In this document: positions 10,473-19,790 of the stretch, piece by piece
Layout of the letters: every line of letters begins with the position of its first letter
How positions within the stretch are numbered: position 1 is the stretch's first letter
Assembly: GCA_964636545.1 (NCBI GenBank)
Contig: CAZWSR010000002.1
Span: 47,130 to 111,129, forward strand
From: Candidatus Undinarchaeota archaeon
Lineage (GTDB): Archaea; Undinarchaeota; Undinarchaeia; Undinarchaeales; UBA543
Direction of reading: 5' to 3'
Length of the DNA: 64,000 nucleotides
Notes under the pieces: model-generated
Databases searched by the model: none
Told to the model about the DNA's origin: nothing
Seen by the model: the letters and a program-made list of their open reading frames with translations, nothing else
Translations under genes and position numbers: made by a program

Positions 10473-10498
10473 ATTATTTACCATATAGTAAATAAATA
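10472..10498 (+). promoter_or_regulatory. 27-bp near-palindromic site, copy 1 (AATTATTTACCATATAGTAAATAAATA)
   Basis: Identical to 12622-12648; ends on the A of the downstream ATG. Confidence 0.75.
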
Positions 10499-10854
10499 TG
10501 GTAAAAACAGTACAAAAAGGTCGGGGACGGCCTGTAAAATCACTAATACGCGACCGCATGCAACAGATTGTAGATGCGCTAGGCAAGGCCTATGGTTATG
10601 AAGTTTACAAAGTTTACAACCAAGTTTTTGAGCCAGTTTGTATTCGCTCAATGTATTATCACCTCAAACGCGGTTGTGAATTGGGTGAATTTGCTGAAGC
10701 AGGGCAGAAGCAAGAGAAAGGGCCATACACCTGGGGCAGAGAGAGCACACACATCTACTATTCGCTTGGAGAAGCAGCAAGCCATAAGGCAAATAACGAC
10801 TTGCAAGAACAAGTTAAGAAGCTAGGATTTTCCGTGAGAGAAGTGAAGAAGTAA
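10498..10854 (+). CDS. Small winged-helix (PadR-like) DNA-binding protein near the origin
   Basis: GRGRP N-terminal basic motif; AYGYEVYKVY...IRSMYYHLKRG...YYSLG wHTH pattern. Confidence 0.75.
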   Translation: MVKTVQKGRGRPVKSLIRDRMQQIVDALGKAYGYEVYKVYNQVFEPVCIRSMYYHLKRGCELGEFAEAGQKQEKGPYTWGRESTHIYYSLGEAASHKANNDLQEQVKKLGFSVREVKK

Positions 10855-11321
10855 TGACAAAAATTAAAAAAATAACAAGAGAGGAATTTGTATATATGTG
10901 GTTAAGTGCTAGCGTAGAAATTTATGGTTCTATTGAAAATGTGATGGAAGAAATAAACAAAAAATTGGACAAAAAAAACAGAGGAATGCGTAGGTGTTTT
11001 ATTTTTCTTGCAAGTAGATGGGAAGGTATAGATGGTGTTATAGAGTTTCTGATAGAAAACAACCTTAGGTTTATAGATGATTATACTATGAATGACCTAT
11101 TTGATTGTTGTGACTATATGCTTAAAGATATTGATAAATTAAAAAAAGGGTATGAAACGTATTTGAAAATATTAAAAGAAAAAAAACAAATAGAGAAAAT
11201 AGAGGAAGTGATTGAAGAAATTAAAAAAGAGATTGAGATGCATCAGAATTTTAGTGAAAAAAAGGTTGATCGCGTTATAGAAAAAATGAAGGAAGAAACA
11301 AAGAGAAGGTTGGGGGGTTGA
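10854..11321 (+). CDS. Low-GC hypothetical protein
   Basis: ORF translationally coupled to the previous gene; K/E-rich. Confidence 0.6.
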   Translation: MTKIKKITREEFVYMWLSASVEIYGSIENVMEEINKKLDKKNRGMRRCFIFLASRWEGIDGVIEFLIENNLRFIDDYTMNDLFDCCDYMLKDIDKLKKGYETYLKILKEKKQIEKIEEVIEEIKKEIEMHQNFSEKKVDRVIEKMKEETKRRLGG

Positions 11322-11326
11322 AGAAA

Positions 11327-12106
11327 ATGAGTGATAGACGAAAAGTAACTCCAAATTTTTATGCAATGGTTTTACTACTTAGTTGTTTGAATGAGGTTGA
11401 GAATGTGCAAGCCATGAGTATAGCACTAGATATGTTGTTTATTGATGTTGAAAAAAAAGAAAACGGGAATGTTTTTCTAAAGGGGTTATTTAATATTACA
11501 AATGAAAAAGAGTTTGAAAAACAAACAAAAAAACTTAATTACTTAGTTACAGGAGAAAAACCAAAAAAAGCAACAGCCGCTGCCCTTACTGTGTTTTTAA
11601 ATGATTGGAGAGAAACCAAAAAAGATATGGTATCGGCGTTGAAAGGTATTAAAAAACAAAGTAAAAAAACACAACGTAAAGATAAAAAAACATTAAAAAT
11701 TCGGGTGTTGCACACCCCAAATCAAGCTGCAAGAATTTTGTTGTTGTCTTGGTTAACACACGACAATAGAATAGAAGAGAATTTAGAGGTTATGAAAAAT
11801 GTTATTTTGCCATTCAAAGGTATAGCTGCTGGATATCTTTTTTTAGGAATAGTATACAAGGTTTCTAGTGAAGAGAATTTTAGAGAAATAATAATAGAAC
11901 GTACAAGATTGGGTATCTCTTATGAAAACCCATATAAAAAAACAGCAAAGGCACTTGGAACTTTGTTTGGTGATGAAGAAGAAGTTGAAAAACTCATTTT
12001 GGCTTGGGGAAATTTATTAGAAAAAAAGAAAGGAACGGTGGAACTTCCAGGATCAAAAGAGGGTATTGAAGAAACTATAGTTGATGTTCAAAAAGTGATT
12101 GATTGA
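11327..12106 (+). CDS. Low-GC hypothetical protein with a weak internal duplication
   Basis: ORF; repeated segments (LLLSCL...FLKGLFNITNEKEF...KKATAAAL / LLLSWL...FLGIVYKVSSEENF...KKTAKAL). Confidence 0.6.
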   Translation: MSDRRKVTPNFYAMVLLLSCLNEVENVQAMSIALDMLFIDVEKKENGNVFLKGLFNITNEKEFEKQTKKLNYLVTGEKPKKATAAALTVFLNDWRETKKDMVSALKGIKKQSKKTQRKDKKTLKIRVLHTPNQAARILLLSWLTHDNRIEENLEVMKNVILPFKGIAAGYLFLGIVYKVSSEENFREIIIERTRLGISYENPYKKTAKALGTLFGDEEEVEKLILAWGNLLEKKKGTVELPGSKEGIEETIVDVQKVID

Positions 12107-12221
12107 GGGGTTGGCTCAAGTAATAAAAGAATTAAAATTGAGTATGGTTAGTAAGAAAGAGTGAAAGAAGATAAAAAAAGATAAGTATTTATGTTATAAA
12201 AAAGAATTGTGTTTGATAAAA

Positions 12222-12584
12222 ATGACTAAAAAAAACATTGATGTTTTAAAAAAGGGGGCACAAAATGAAGATATTGCTTTTGAATTAATAAATAATTGGG
12301 TTTCAAAATCGCGGGGTTTTGGGGAGAAATATGTAGATTTAAAGATTTATGTTTTGGAAAAAATGATGAAAAAGTGTGTAGAAGATGATTTGGGTCCGAC
12401 TTTTATGCATTTTTGTTATGATATTACAATAAACCAAACTAAAGAATTTATAGATCTTGTAAAACAATTGGGTTATTTAGTAGAAAAAGAACAAACTATT
12501 TTAATATTTGATGAAATTGGAAAGTGGTTTAATTATTGGAGTAATTTAGAAAGATATCTAAAACGTGGATATCAACATAGATAA
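12222..12584 (+). CDS. Low-GC hypothetical protein
   Basis: ORF; probable start ATG 12222. Confidence 0.55.
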   Translation: MTKKNIDVLKKGAQNEDIAFELINNWVSKSRGFGEKYVDLKIYVLEKMMKKCVEDDLGPTFMHFCYDITINQTKEFIDLVKQLGYLVEKEQTILIFDEIGKWFNYWSNLERYLKRGYQHR

Positions 12585-12621
12585 AAATTATTCAAAAATT
12601 AATAATTTTTTAAAATTAGTG

Positions 12622-12648
12622 AATTATTTACCATATAGTAAATAAATA
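12622..12648 (+). repeat. 27-bp near-palindromic site, copy 2
   Basis: Identical to 10472-10498. Confidence 0.85.
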
Positions 12649-12718
12649 GGGTGGTGTGACCCCTTAGTTGCGAGTGGAGATGATGAAGGTGGTATGTGGT
12701 TTGATTTTTTTTATTATA

Positions 12719-12739
12719 TTATTATCTATATGGTAAATA
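12719..12739 (-). repeat. Near-palindromic site, copy 3 (inverted)
   Basis: TTATTATCTATATGGTAAATA, identical to 35341-35361. Confidence 0.8.
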
Positions 12740-13054
12740 TATATATATATATATATATAAATTTTTTCCTCAAAATTCTAAAAACACTTCTTATGGAAAA
12801 ATAATTGAAATTTTTTATCACAACCCAAACTAAAAAACCTAATATTTTTTTGATCAATAAAATAAAAAAAAACTAAAATATTTTTATTAATATTTTATTT
12901 TTCTCACTATTTCCCTTTCTTTATTTTTTATCACCAAATATTATGGGGTGGGTTCACAAATAGGACAAAGGGCCCCAATAACCCAACGTATTCAGGGGGG
13001 CATTCCTCAAACCCTTTTAGGGATTATTCTAAAACCATCAATAACCACCATCAA

Positions 13055-13074
13055 CCCCGCCATTTCCTATGGAC
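13055..13074 (-). promoter_or_regulatory. ORB-like box
   Basis: Reverse complement GTCCATAGGAAATGGCGGGG (ORB core plus G-string). Confidence 0.7.
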
Positions 13075-13167
13075 AGTTACTGGTTTTGTTATTTCACTGA
13101 AAAACGAATATTTTTCTGTTCTTTTTCTTTTCCTCTTTTTTACCCACTACCCACTACCTACTACCAA

Positions 13168-13189
13168 CCACCTTTATTTCCTCTGGAAC
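13168..13189 (-). promoter_or_regulatory. ORB box
   Basis: Reverse complement GTTCCAGAGGAAATAAAGGTGG, close to the canonical GTTCCAGTGGAAAC..AGGGG. Confidence 0.85.
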
Positions 13190-13217
13190 CCCTATACTAA
13201 AACCGGCACCAGTAGAA

Positions 13218-13236
13218 CCCACACTTCATCTGGAAC
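13218..13236 (-). promoter_or_regulatory. ORB-like box
   Basis: Reverse complement GTTCCAGATGAAGTGTGGG. Confidence 0.7.
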
Positions 13237-13274
13237 CAAATACTCCAAAAACACCACTCAAAACCTCCAAAACA

Positions 13275-13295
13275 CTTCCAGACGAAGCCAAGGGG
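13275..13295 (+). promoter_or_regulatory. ORB-like box just upstream of the cdc6 promoter
   Basis: CTTCCAGACGAAGCCAAGGGG. Confidence 0.75.
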
Positions 13296-13402
13296 ACACA
13301 CCCCTACAACAAAGCTTATATACCCTAATTTCATATGCAACTATTAGTCGCATAGGTGGGGAGAATGGCACCCATTCTTATGCACTTCGGTGGGTTTATC
13401 CA

Positions 13403-14596
13403 ATGGCACAACAAAATCTTCATGACTTATTTGATGACTTTCTAAATCGGGCTCCGCACTTCACAAGGAAGGACGCGCTCCAAGACACATATACTCCAAG
13501 CCAGGTTCCGCACCGGGCTGAGCAAATCAATCAGCTTGCTCAAATCCTGGTTTCTGCACTCCGTGGTGAAAAACCAAGCAATGTGTTTCTTTATGGCAAA
13601 ACAGGTACTGGGAAAACCCTAGTTTCTCGATATGTTGGAGAAGAACTTGAAAAAAAGGCTGCAGCTCAGAACATGGCACTCAAAATGTGTTACATCAACT
13701 GCAAACTTGACAAAATCAACACCGCATACCGACTATTCGCTCGTTTCTTAGCAGAATTTGGAGAAGAGGTGCCACCAACTGGCCTTCCAACACACGAAGT
13801 TTATACACAATTCTTAAACACAATGAATAAACGCAAAGGAATTTTTATCTTGATTTTGGATGAAATTGATTCACTGGATGACACAGACATTCTCTACAAT
13901 CTTTCGCGCATAAATACAGAGCTGAAGAATAGCCGAGTGAGCATAATTGGCATCTCCAATGACCTCTCCTTCACAAACAACCTTGATCCACGCATAAAAT
14001 CGTCACTTTCAGAGGAAGAACTCGTATTTCCGCCATACAATGCTAATCAAATCAGCGACATCTTAACCCAGCGCGCAGAACTTGCACTTCAGAAAAACAT
14101 ACTTGATTCTAGTGTGATTCCAAAATGTGCTGCATTAGCTGCTCAAGAACATGGGGATGCTCGCAGAGCACTTGATTTGCTTCGTGTTGCTTGCGAAATT
14201 GCAGAGAGAAAAGGGTCCCAAAAAATCGAAAGCGTGCACGTTGATGATGCACAAAAGAAACTTGATATCGACCGTGTTGTTGAAGTTGTCAAAACCCAAC
14301 CTCGCCAGTCTCAGCTTGTACTTCACAGCATAATCTATCTTACTGATTTGAATAAGGAAGACATTGGAACTGGTGATGTGTATGAGGTTTACCAAACATT
14401 TTGCAAACAAACCGGTCTCTCCCCACTTACCCAGCGCCGCGTTTCAGACCTAATCTCAGAATTGGATATGCTTAGCTTAATAAATTCATCAGTTATTTCA
14501 ATGGGGCGCTATGGCCGAACCCGCAAAATTAAACTGGAAATAAGTGGGCGGGCACTTGAAAAATCCAAAGGAATTCTTGATGAGGAGTTGTCATGA
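13403..14596 (+). CDS. cdc6: Orc1/Cdc6 replication initiator
   Basis: LYGKTGTGKT Walker A, LDEID Walker B, HGDARRALDLL, C-terminal wHTH GRYGRT. Confidence 0.97.
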   Translation: MAQQNLHDLFDDFLNRAPHFTRKDALQDTYTPSQVPHRAEQINQLAQILVSALRGEKPSNVFLYGKTGTGKTLVSRYVGEELEKKAAAQNMALKMCYINCKLDKINTAYRLFARFLAEFGEEVPPTGLPTHEVYTQFLNTMNKRKGIFILILDEIDSLDDTDILYNLSRINTELKNSRVSIIGISNDLSFTNNLDPRIKSSLSEEELVFPPYNANQISDILTQRAELALQKNILDSSVIPKCAALAAQEHGDARRALDLLRVACEIAERKGSQKIESVHVDDAQKKLDIDRVVEVVKTQPRQSQLVLHSIIYLTDLNKEDIGTGDVYEVYQTFCKQTGLSPLTQRRVSDLISELDMLSLINSSVISMGRYGRTRKIKLEISGRALEKSKGILDEELS

Positions 14597-16029
14597 GTAT
14601 TGAGCAGGATGCGCTCAATATTTTTCTCAACAACAAACTTCAAATCTCAAAACCGGCGCTTGACTTGATTTTAAAACAAGAGAAACCACTAGAAACAGCA
14701 GAACAGTTTCTAAAATCAGTATCTCCAGACCTCCTGACAATTCTCCCAAAACACCTAGAAGATCACTTATTTTCCTCTGAACCAACAATTTCACTCCTCA
14801 ACAATTTCACAAAAAGCAAACCAATTAAGGGAGTTCAAGACCTATCTGAATTTTTCAACAACCGATACACATATTTCAGAAAACTCCTGTCTTCTCGCCT
14901 TCCAAATCCCGCATCACTTTCAAGTATTGCCAAACGCAGCAAGGAAAAATCAAGCACAATCGGCTTGGTTTCTAGCAAGCGAAGAACACTCAAGGGAAAT
15001 ATGATGATTGAAATAGAGGACCCAACCGGCACCCTCAAAGTAATTGCTTCCAAGCCTGAAGTAAGAAAGAAAGCAGAGGGCCTTGTTATGGATGAAGCAA
15101 TTGGGGTTATAGGAACAACGAGTGATAACACAAACGGCACTGTCTTATTCCTTGATGACATCCTTCACCCAGGAGTCCCAATATCCACTGAACCAAAAAA
15201 ACTCACTCAGGACATCTATGCAATATTCCTTTCTGATACGCACATTGGTAGCAAGAAGTTTATGAAAAAGGAGTTTAACCGCTTCTTGTCTTGGGCAAAC
15301 GGAGAAGTTGGCAACGAAACCCAAACTGACTTGGTTAAAAAAATCCGATATTGCTTTGTAGCAGGCGATATTGTTGACGGAATTGGAATTTATCCAAAAC
15401 AGGAAGAAGAACTTGAAATAGCAAACATCGAAGAGCAATACCAGGAAGCCGCGGAGCTATTTGACAAACTTCCAAAATCTATGAAAATAATTTTATCTCC
15501 TGGTAACCACGATTTTCTTCGCGGAGGCCAACCACAACCTCCCCTTGATCCAGAAGTGGCCGCACCACTTTTCGAACTTCGTAATGTAGAATTTGTCAGC
15601 AATCCATCTACTGTAAAAATCGAAGAAAAAGATAATGGTGGCCTTGATGTTCTTATGTACCACGGAGTCAGTTTTGATACAATGATCCCAGCTGACCCAC
15701 AACTCAAAAATGGATATACTGAACCACATGTTGTTATGCAATCTCTTCTTCAACGTCGCCACTTATCGCCACCATATGACACTGGCCTAGTTGCATCTGG
15801 TGAAGATCAAATGATAATCCGCACAGTTCCTGATATTTTCCATAGTGGACATGTTCACTCAAATGGTAATTGCTCTTATCGTGGTATTAGCATAATCAAT
15901 AGTGGAACTTGGCAGTCCAGAACTGCATTTCAGAAACTCTGTGGTCACGACCCAACACCAGCAATTTTGCCAATGGTGAGTTTGAAAACAAGGGGGTTGA
16001 ATCTAATCAATTTCAATTATCTGAAATGA
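14593..16029 (+). CDS. polB: DNA polymerase D small (proofreading) subunit DP1
   Basis: OB fold (IEDPTG); phosphoesterase motifs SDTHIGS, GDIVDG, PGNHD, YHG, HSGHVH. Confidence 0.95.
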   Translation: MSIEQDALNIFLNNKLQISKPALDLILKQEKPLETAEQFLKSVSPDLLTILPKHLEDHLFSSEPTISLLNNFTKSKPIKGVQDLSEFFNNRYTYFRKLLSSRLPNPASLSSIAKRSKEKSSTIGLVSSKRRTLKGNMMIEIEDPTGTLKVIASKPEVRKKAEGLVMDEAIGVIGTTSDNTNGTVLFLDDILHPGVPISTEPKKLTQDIYAIFLSDTHIGSKKFMKKEFNRFLSWANGEVGNETQTDLVKKIRYCFVAGDIVDGIGIYPKQEEELEIANIEEQYQEAAELFDKLPKSMKIILSPGNHDFLRGGQPQPPLDPEVAAPLFELRNVEFVSNPSTVKIEEKDNGGLDVLMYHGVSFDTMIPADPQLKNGYTEPHVVMQSLLQRRHLSPPYDTGLVASGEDQMIIRTVPDIFHSGHVHSNGNCSYRGISIINSGTWQSRTAFQKLCGHDPTPAILPMVSLKTRGLNLINFNYLK

Positions 16030-19000
16030 ACACAAAGCAATATTTCACACTACTTGAAAAGAAAACGCAAACCGAATACGATCTTGCGAGCCAGGCAAGG
16101 AAAAATGGGTGTGATCCTGCTGAAGAACCAGAAATCTACATCGCAAAAAATCTAGCAGAAAAAGTTGAAGGTCTTATTGAGCTTCCCGGCCTTGCAGACA
16201 TTATAAAATCTGTAACAAAAGACACAGAAAGTGATGTTGCAGCAGCATTTAAAATATCTGAACAGATTGCAAAAAATGAGCCGGACAAAGAAAAAGCAGC
16301 AGACATCGCTATCCGAGCCGGTCTTGCCTTCCTCACCCAAGGCGCAGTTGCGGCGCCACTCGAGGGTATTGCAAAAATCAAGCTCCATAAAAATTCAGAC
16401 AATTCTGATTATCTTGCAGTGTATTTCGCAGGTCCAATCCGGGCAGCTGGTGGAACAGCAGAAGCGCTATGTGTCATCTTAGCTGACTATGTTCGCAAAG
16501 TTCTTGGCATTTCTCCTTACAAACCAACCACTCAAGAAGTTTCTCGTTATTATGAAGAAATCCAGTGGTATGGTCGCAGAACCCACTTGCAGTATATGCC
16601 ATCTGAACAGGAAGTAAAAACAATAATCACCAACACGCCAGTGTGTATTGATGGTGAACCAACTGAAAAATATGAGGTTGCAAACTTCCGCGATCTTGGA
16701 AGAATTCCAAGTAATCGTGTCCGTGGTGGAATGTGTTTGGTTCTTGCAGAAGGTCTTGCTCAAAAAGCTCCAAAACTTTGGAAGAGAATGAAGCCAATTC
16801 AGGACAGCTTTGGGATGGATTGGTCTTGGCTTGAAGGTTTACTAGTTAAAAAAGCATCTGATGAAACCCCAGAAATCAAGGAAAAAATAGCTAAAACAAA
16901 ACTTCCTGGCTTTGAATGGATTGATGACTTGACAGGCGAATCTGCTTCTGACATCCAAGACATAATTGAGCAAACTGGGGTGGATGGTAGATGGGAATGG
17001 CTTGATGGACTTATGGAAGAAGACGAAGGTGCAGAACAAGGTGGTAGTAAGAAATACTTGCGCGAAGTTCCTGCCGGTCGTCCTGTATTTTCACATTTCT
17101 CCAGAACCGGCGGATTCCGTCTTCGTTATGGAAGAACGCGAGCTAGTGGGTATGCAGCAGCAGCAATGAGTCCAGCCACAATGCAAACAATGGGGCGATT
17201 TATTGCAATTGGCACACAGATCCGTCTTGAAATGCCAGGAAAAGCAGCAATCATCACACCCTGCGATACTGTTGAGGGTCCGCTTGTTCGACTAAAATCT
17301 GGAGAAGTTCTTCGATTATCAACAATTGAGCAGTCAATTGAACTTGAAAAAGAAATTGAAGAAATCATACAAATTGGTGACCTTCTTATCTCAGCCGGCG
17401 ATTTCTTGGAAAATAATCACCACCTAGCTAGGCCAGCATATTGTGAAGAATGGTGGGCACTCCAACTCTCTCAAAAAACAAAAACCGACCAAGACCCACA
17501 CAAGAAACCCACATTTGAAAAAGCAGTTGAACTGTCACAAAAATATGACATTCCACTCCATCCTGCCTACACACTTTATTGGAATGACATAACAATCAAA
17601 AATTTCCTTGTACTTGTAGAATCCTTAAGCACAACTACAAACAAAATCCAAAATAATAAACAAATCAAACGAACACTGGAGTTTTTGGGAGTATTTCATA
17701 AAGTTGACGGAGACATTATTATTGATCCAGATCACCACAAGGCCTTGATTTTTTCACTAAACCTGGGGCACGCAAATCGAGACGACATAAAGAAACAAAC
17801 ACTTCATACTAAAGACGTTCTTAAAATTGTCAATAATCTTTGCCAAGTTCAAATCAAAAATCGCGCTCCAACTTATGTTGGAGCTAGAATGGGTCGCCCA
17901 GAAAAAGCAAAACCGCGAAAAATGGTTCCGGCTCCAAATGTGATTTTTCCAACCGGTGGTAAACAAGGCCGTATCCGTGACATTGTAAAAATATCAAACA
18001 CGACTAAAACCAGCATAACTGAGGTTGCAAAATATCGCTGTCCAAACTGTGGGGAAATTGGCATTTACGCACGCTGTACAAAATGTGGAACAAAAACAAT
18101 TCTTGAAAGTATTTGTGGTAGGTGTAACCGCAGAGTGCCGTCTGAAAAATGTCCTGTTTGCGGAGTTTCAATGACGTCTTATGAGAATCGTGCAATAAAT
18201 TTCAAAGAACATCTTGATTCTGCCTTAACAAGACTTGGTATTTCTGCTCCTGAAAAAATCAAAGGAGTTCTGGGAATGTCTAGTCATAGCAAAACACCAG
18301 AATGTTTGGAAAAAGGAGTTCTACGCGCCCGCCAAAATCTATATGTTTTCAAAGATGGAACACTCCGTTTTGACAGCACTGATGCGCCACTCACTCATTT
18401 CACTCCACGTGAAGTTAAAGCACCAATTAAAAAACTCATCAAATTAGGTTATACTGAAGATTGGCAAGGCAAACCACTTGAAAACGAGGACCAGCTTTTG
18501 GCACTAAAACCACAAGACGTTGTCATATCTTCTCATGGTGAAGAATCTGGAGTTAATTATTTTATTGGGGCAGCTAAGTTCATTGACGAGCTTCTGGAAA
18601 AATATTACAACCTCAAACCATATTACAAAGTCAAAAAACCAGAAGATCTTATTGGTCATATGGTTGTTGGGCTCGCACCCCACACTTCAACAGGGACAGT
18701 TGGAAGAATAATCGGCTTCACAAAAGCTCGTGTTGGTTATGCACATCCTGCTTTCCATGATGCAAAACGCAGAGACTGCGACGGAGATGAAGACGCAATT
18801 CTTCTCCTTCTAGATGCATTCCTTAATTTCTCTCGTGCATTTTTACCTGAAAAACGTGGTGGAAAAATGGATGCGCCACTTGTTATCACAACACGATTAA
18901 CTGCAAATGAGCTTGATGATGAGGTTTACGATGTTGATATTGTTCCAAATTATGGTTTGAACTTTTACAAGTCTGCTGAAAATGGTGCAGATCCAAACAA

Positions 19001-19511
19001 CATCAATCTCAAAACAGTTGAATCAGTTTTGGAAGAACCAGAAGCACTTCTCAACTGGCCATTTACACATTATACAACTGATATCAACAATGGCCCAATT
19101 GTTAATACATATTCAGAAGGTGAAATGATTGACAAACTTGAAAAACAACTTGGGCTTGCTGAAAGAACTAGGGCTGTTGACGCGGACGATGTTGCAGAGA
19201 GAATTTTATCTTCTCACTTTTTACCAGATATCAAAGGAAATCTGAGAACTTTCTCGCGTCAGAAACTTCGCTGTACAAAATGTAATTCAAAATATCGCAG
19301 ACCACCACTTTCTGGCGTTTGTACTAATTGCGGACATGGTTTGACAATGACTGTTCACGAAGGGTCAATTAAAAAATATTTGGATATTTCAAAGAAAATG
19401 ATACAGAAATACAACATAAACCCCTATCTGTCGCAGCAAATTACAATGTTCAGCAAAGCAATTGACTCAATATTCGGAATTGATCCACAGAAGAAATTAG
19501 GAGCATTTTAA
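16026..19511 (+). CDS. polC: DNA polymerase D large catalytic subunit DP2, no intein
   Basis: FAGPIRAAGGT, GFRLRYGR, RMGRPEK, catalytic RRDCDGDED, Zn fingers; start ATG 16026 overlaps the DP1 stop (ATGA). Confidence 0.97.
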   Translation: MNTKQYFTLLEKKTQTEYDLASQARKNGCDPAEEPEIYIAKNLAEKVEGLIELPGLADIIKSVTKDTESDVAAAFKISEQIAKNEPDKEKAADIAIRAGLAFLTQGAVAAPLEGIAKIKLHKNSDNSDYLAVYFAGPIRAAGGTAEALCVILADYVRKVLGISPYKPTTQEVSRYYEEIQWYGRRTHLQYMPSEQEVKTIITNTPVCIDGEPTEKYEVANFRDLGRIPSNRVRGGMCLVLAEGLAQKAPKLWKRMKPIQDSFGMDWSWLEGLLVKKASDETPEIKEKIAKTKLPGFEWIDDLTGESASDIQDIIEQTGVDGRWEWLDGLMEEDEGAEQGGSKKYLREVPAGRPVFSHFSRTGGFRLRYGRTRASGYAAAAMSPATMQTMGRFIAIGTQIRLEMPGKAAIITPCDTVEGPLVRLKSGEVLRLSTIEQSIELEKEIEEIIQIGDLLISAGDFLENNHHLARPAYCEEWWALQLSQKTKTDQDPHKKPTFEKAVELSQKYDIPLHPAYTLYWNDITIKNFLVLVESLSTTTNKIQNNKQIKRTLEFLGVFHKVDGDIIIDPDHHKALIFSLNLGHANRDDIKKQTLHTKDVLKIVNNLCQVQIKNRAPTYVGARMGRPEKAKPRKMVPAPNVIFPTGGKQGRIRDIVKISNTTKTSITEVAKYRCPNCGEIGIYARCTKCGTKTILESICGRCNRRVPSEKCPVCGVSMTSYENRAINFKEHLDSALTRLGISAPEKIKGVLGMSSHSKTPECLEKGVLRARQNLYVFKDGTLRFDSTDAPLTHFTPREVKAPIKKLIKLGYTEDWQGKPLENEDQLLALKPQDVVISSHGEESGVNYFIGAAKFIDELLEKYYNLKPYYKVKKPEDLIGHMVVGLAPHTSTGTVGRIIGFTKARVGYAHPAFHDAKRRDCDGDEDAILLLLDAFLNFSRAFLPEKRGGKMDAPLVITTRLTANELDDEVYDVDIVPNYGLNFYKSAENGADPNNINLKTVESVLEEPEALLNWPFTHYTTDINNGPIVNTYSEGEMIDKLEKQLGLAERTRAVDADDVAERILSSHFLPDIKGNLRTFSRQKLRCTKCNSKYRRPPLSGVCTNCGHGLTMTVHEGSIKKYLDISKKMIQKYNINPYLSQQITMFSKAIDSIFGIDPQKKLGAF

Positions 19512-19535
19512 TACTCCTTTACAATATACTAAATT

Positions 19536-19790
19536 ATGGCAAAAGAAGACAAAGACTTAATGGACGAAGAACCTGTTGAAGAAGAGTCAAAAGAAGAAGA
19601 ACCAGCGGAAGAAACAGAAGAAGAGGAACCTGCTGAAGAATCTGGAGATTCTGACATGGACTTTGGCGGCGGAGGCGGAGGTAGCGGTTCTCTTGGGGAT
19701 ATTTTCAGTAACAAACTTTTAGTTGCTGCAATTGCAGGATTCGTTGTTTTTTCTCTTGGATTGCTGTATCTCTATTTCTGGGTTTTCTAA
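19536..19790 (+). CDS. Small acidic protein with Gly linker and C-terminal TM anchor
   Basis: EEPAEE repeats, poly-Gly, hydrophobic C-terminus. Confidence 0.7.
   Translation: MAKEDKDLMDEEPVEEESKEEEPAEETEEEEPAEESGDSDMDFGGGGGGSGSLGDIFSNKLLVAAIAGFVVFSLGLLYLYFWVF

Larger units (their letters stand above)
12585..13402. other. oriC: Chromosomal replication origin (oriC)
   Basis: 818-bp non-coding stretch directly upstream of cdc6; very AT-rich DUE-like part with an (AT)11 tract at 12737-12759; ORB boxes at 13055-13295. Confidence 0.88.

Noticed and set aside
10472-10498. Canonical Xer dif site
   Set aside because: The 11-6-11-like geometry fits, but the inner TAA/TTA consensus is absent, there are four copies and they sit at the cdc6/ORB locus; kept only as an alternative hypothesis
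15909-16025. N-terminal extension of DP2 given in the ORF track
   Set aside because: It overlaps the DP1 C-terminus; ATGA coupling at 16026 gives the natural start
13403-19511. Inteins in Cdc6, DP1 or DP2
   Set aside because: Lengths are normal and no C...HN splice junctions or LAGLIDADG motifs are visible
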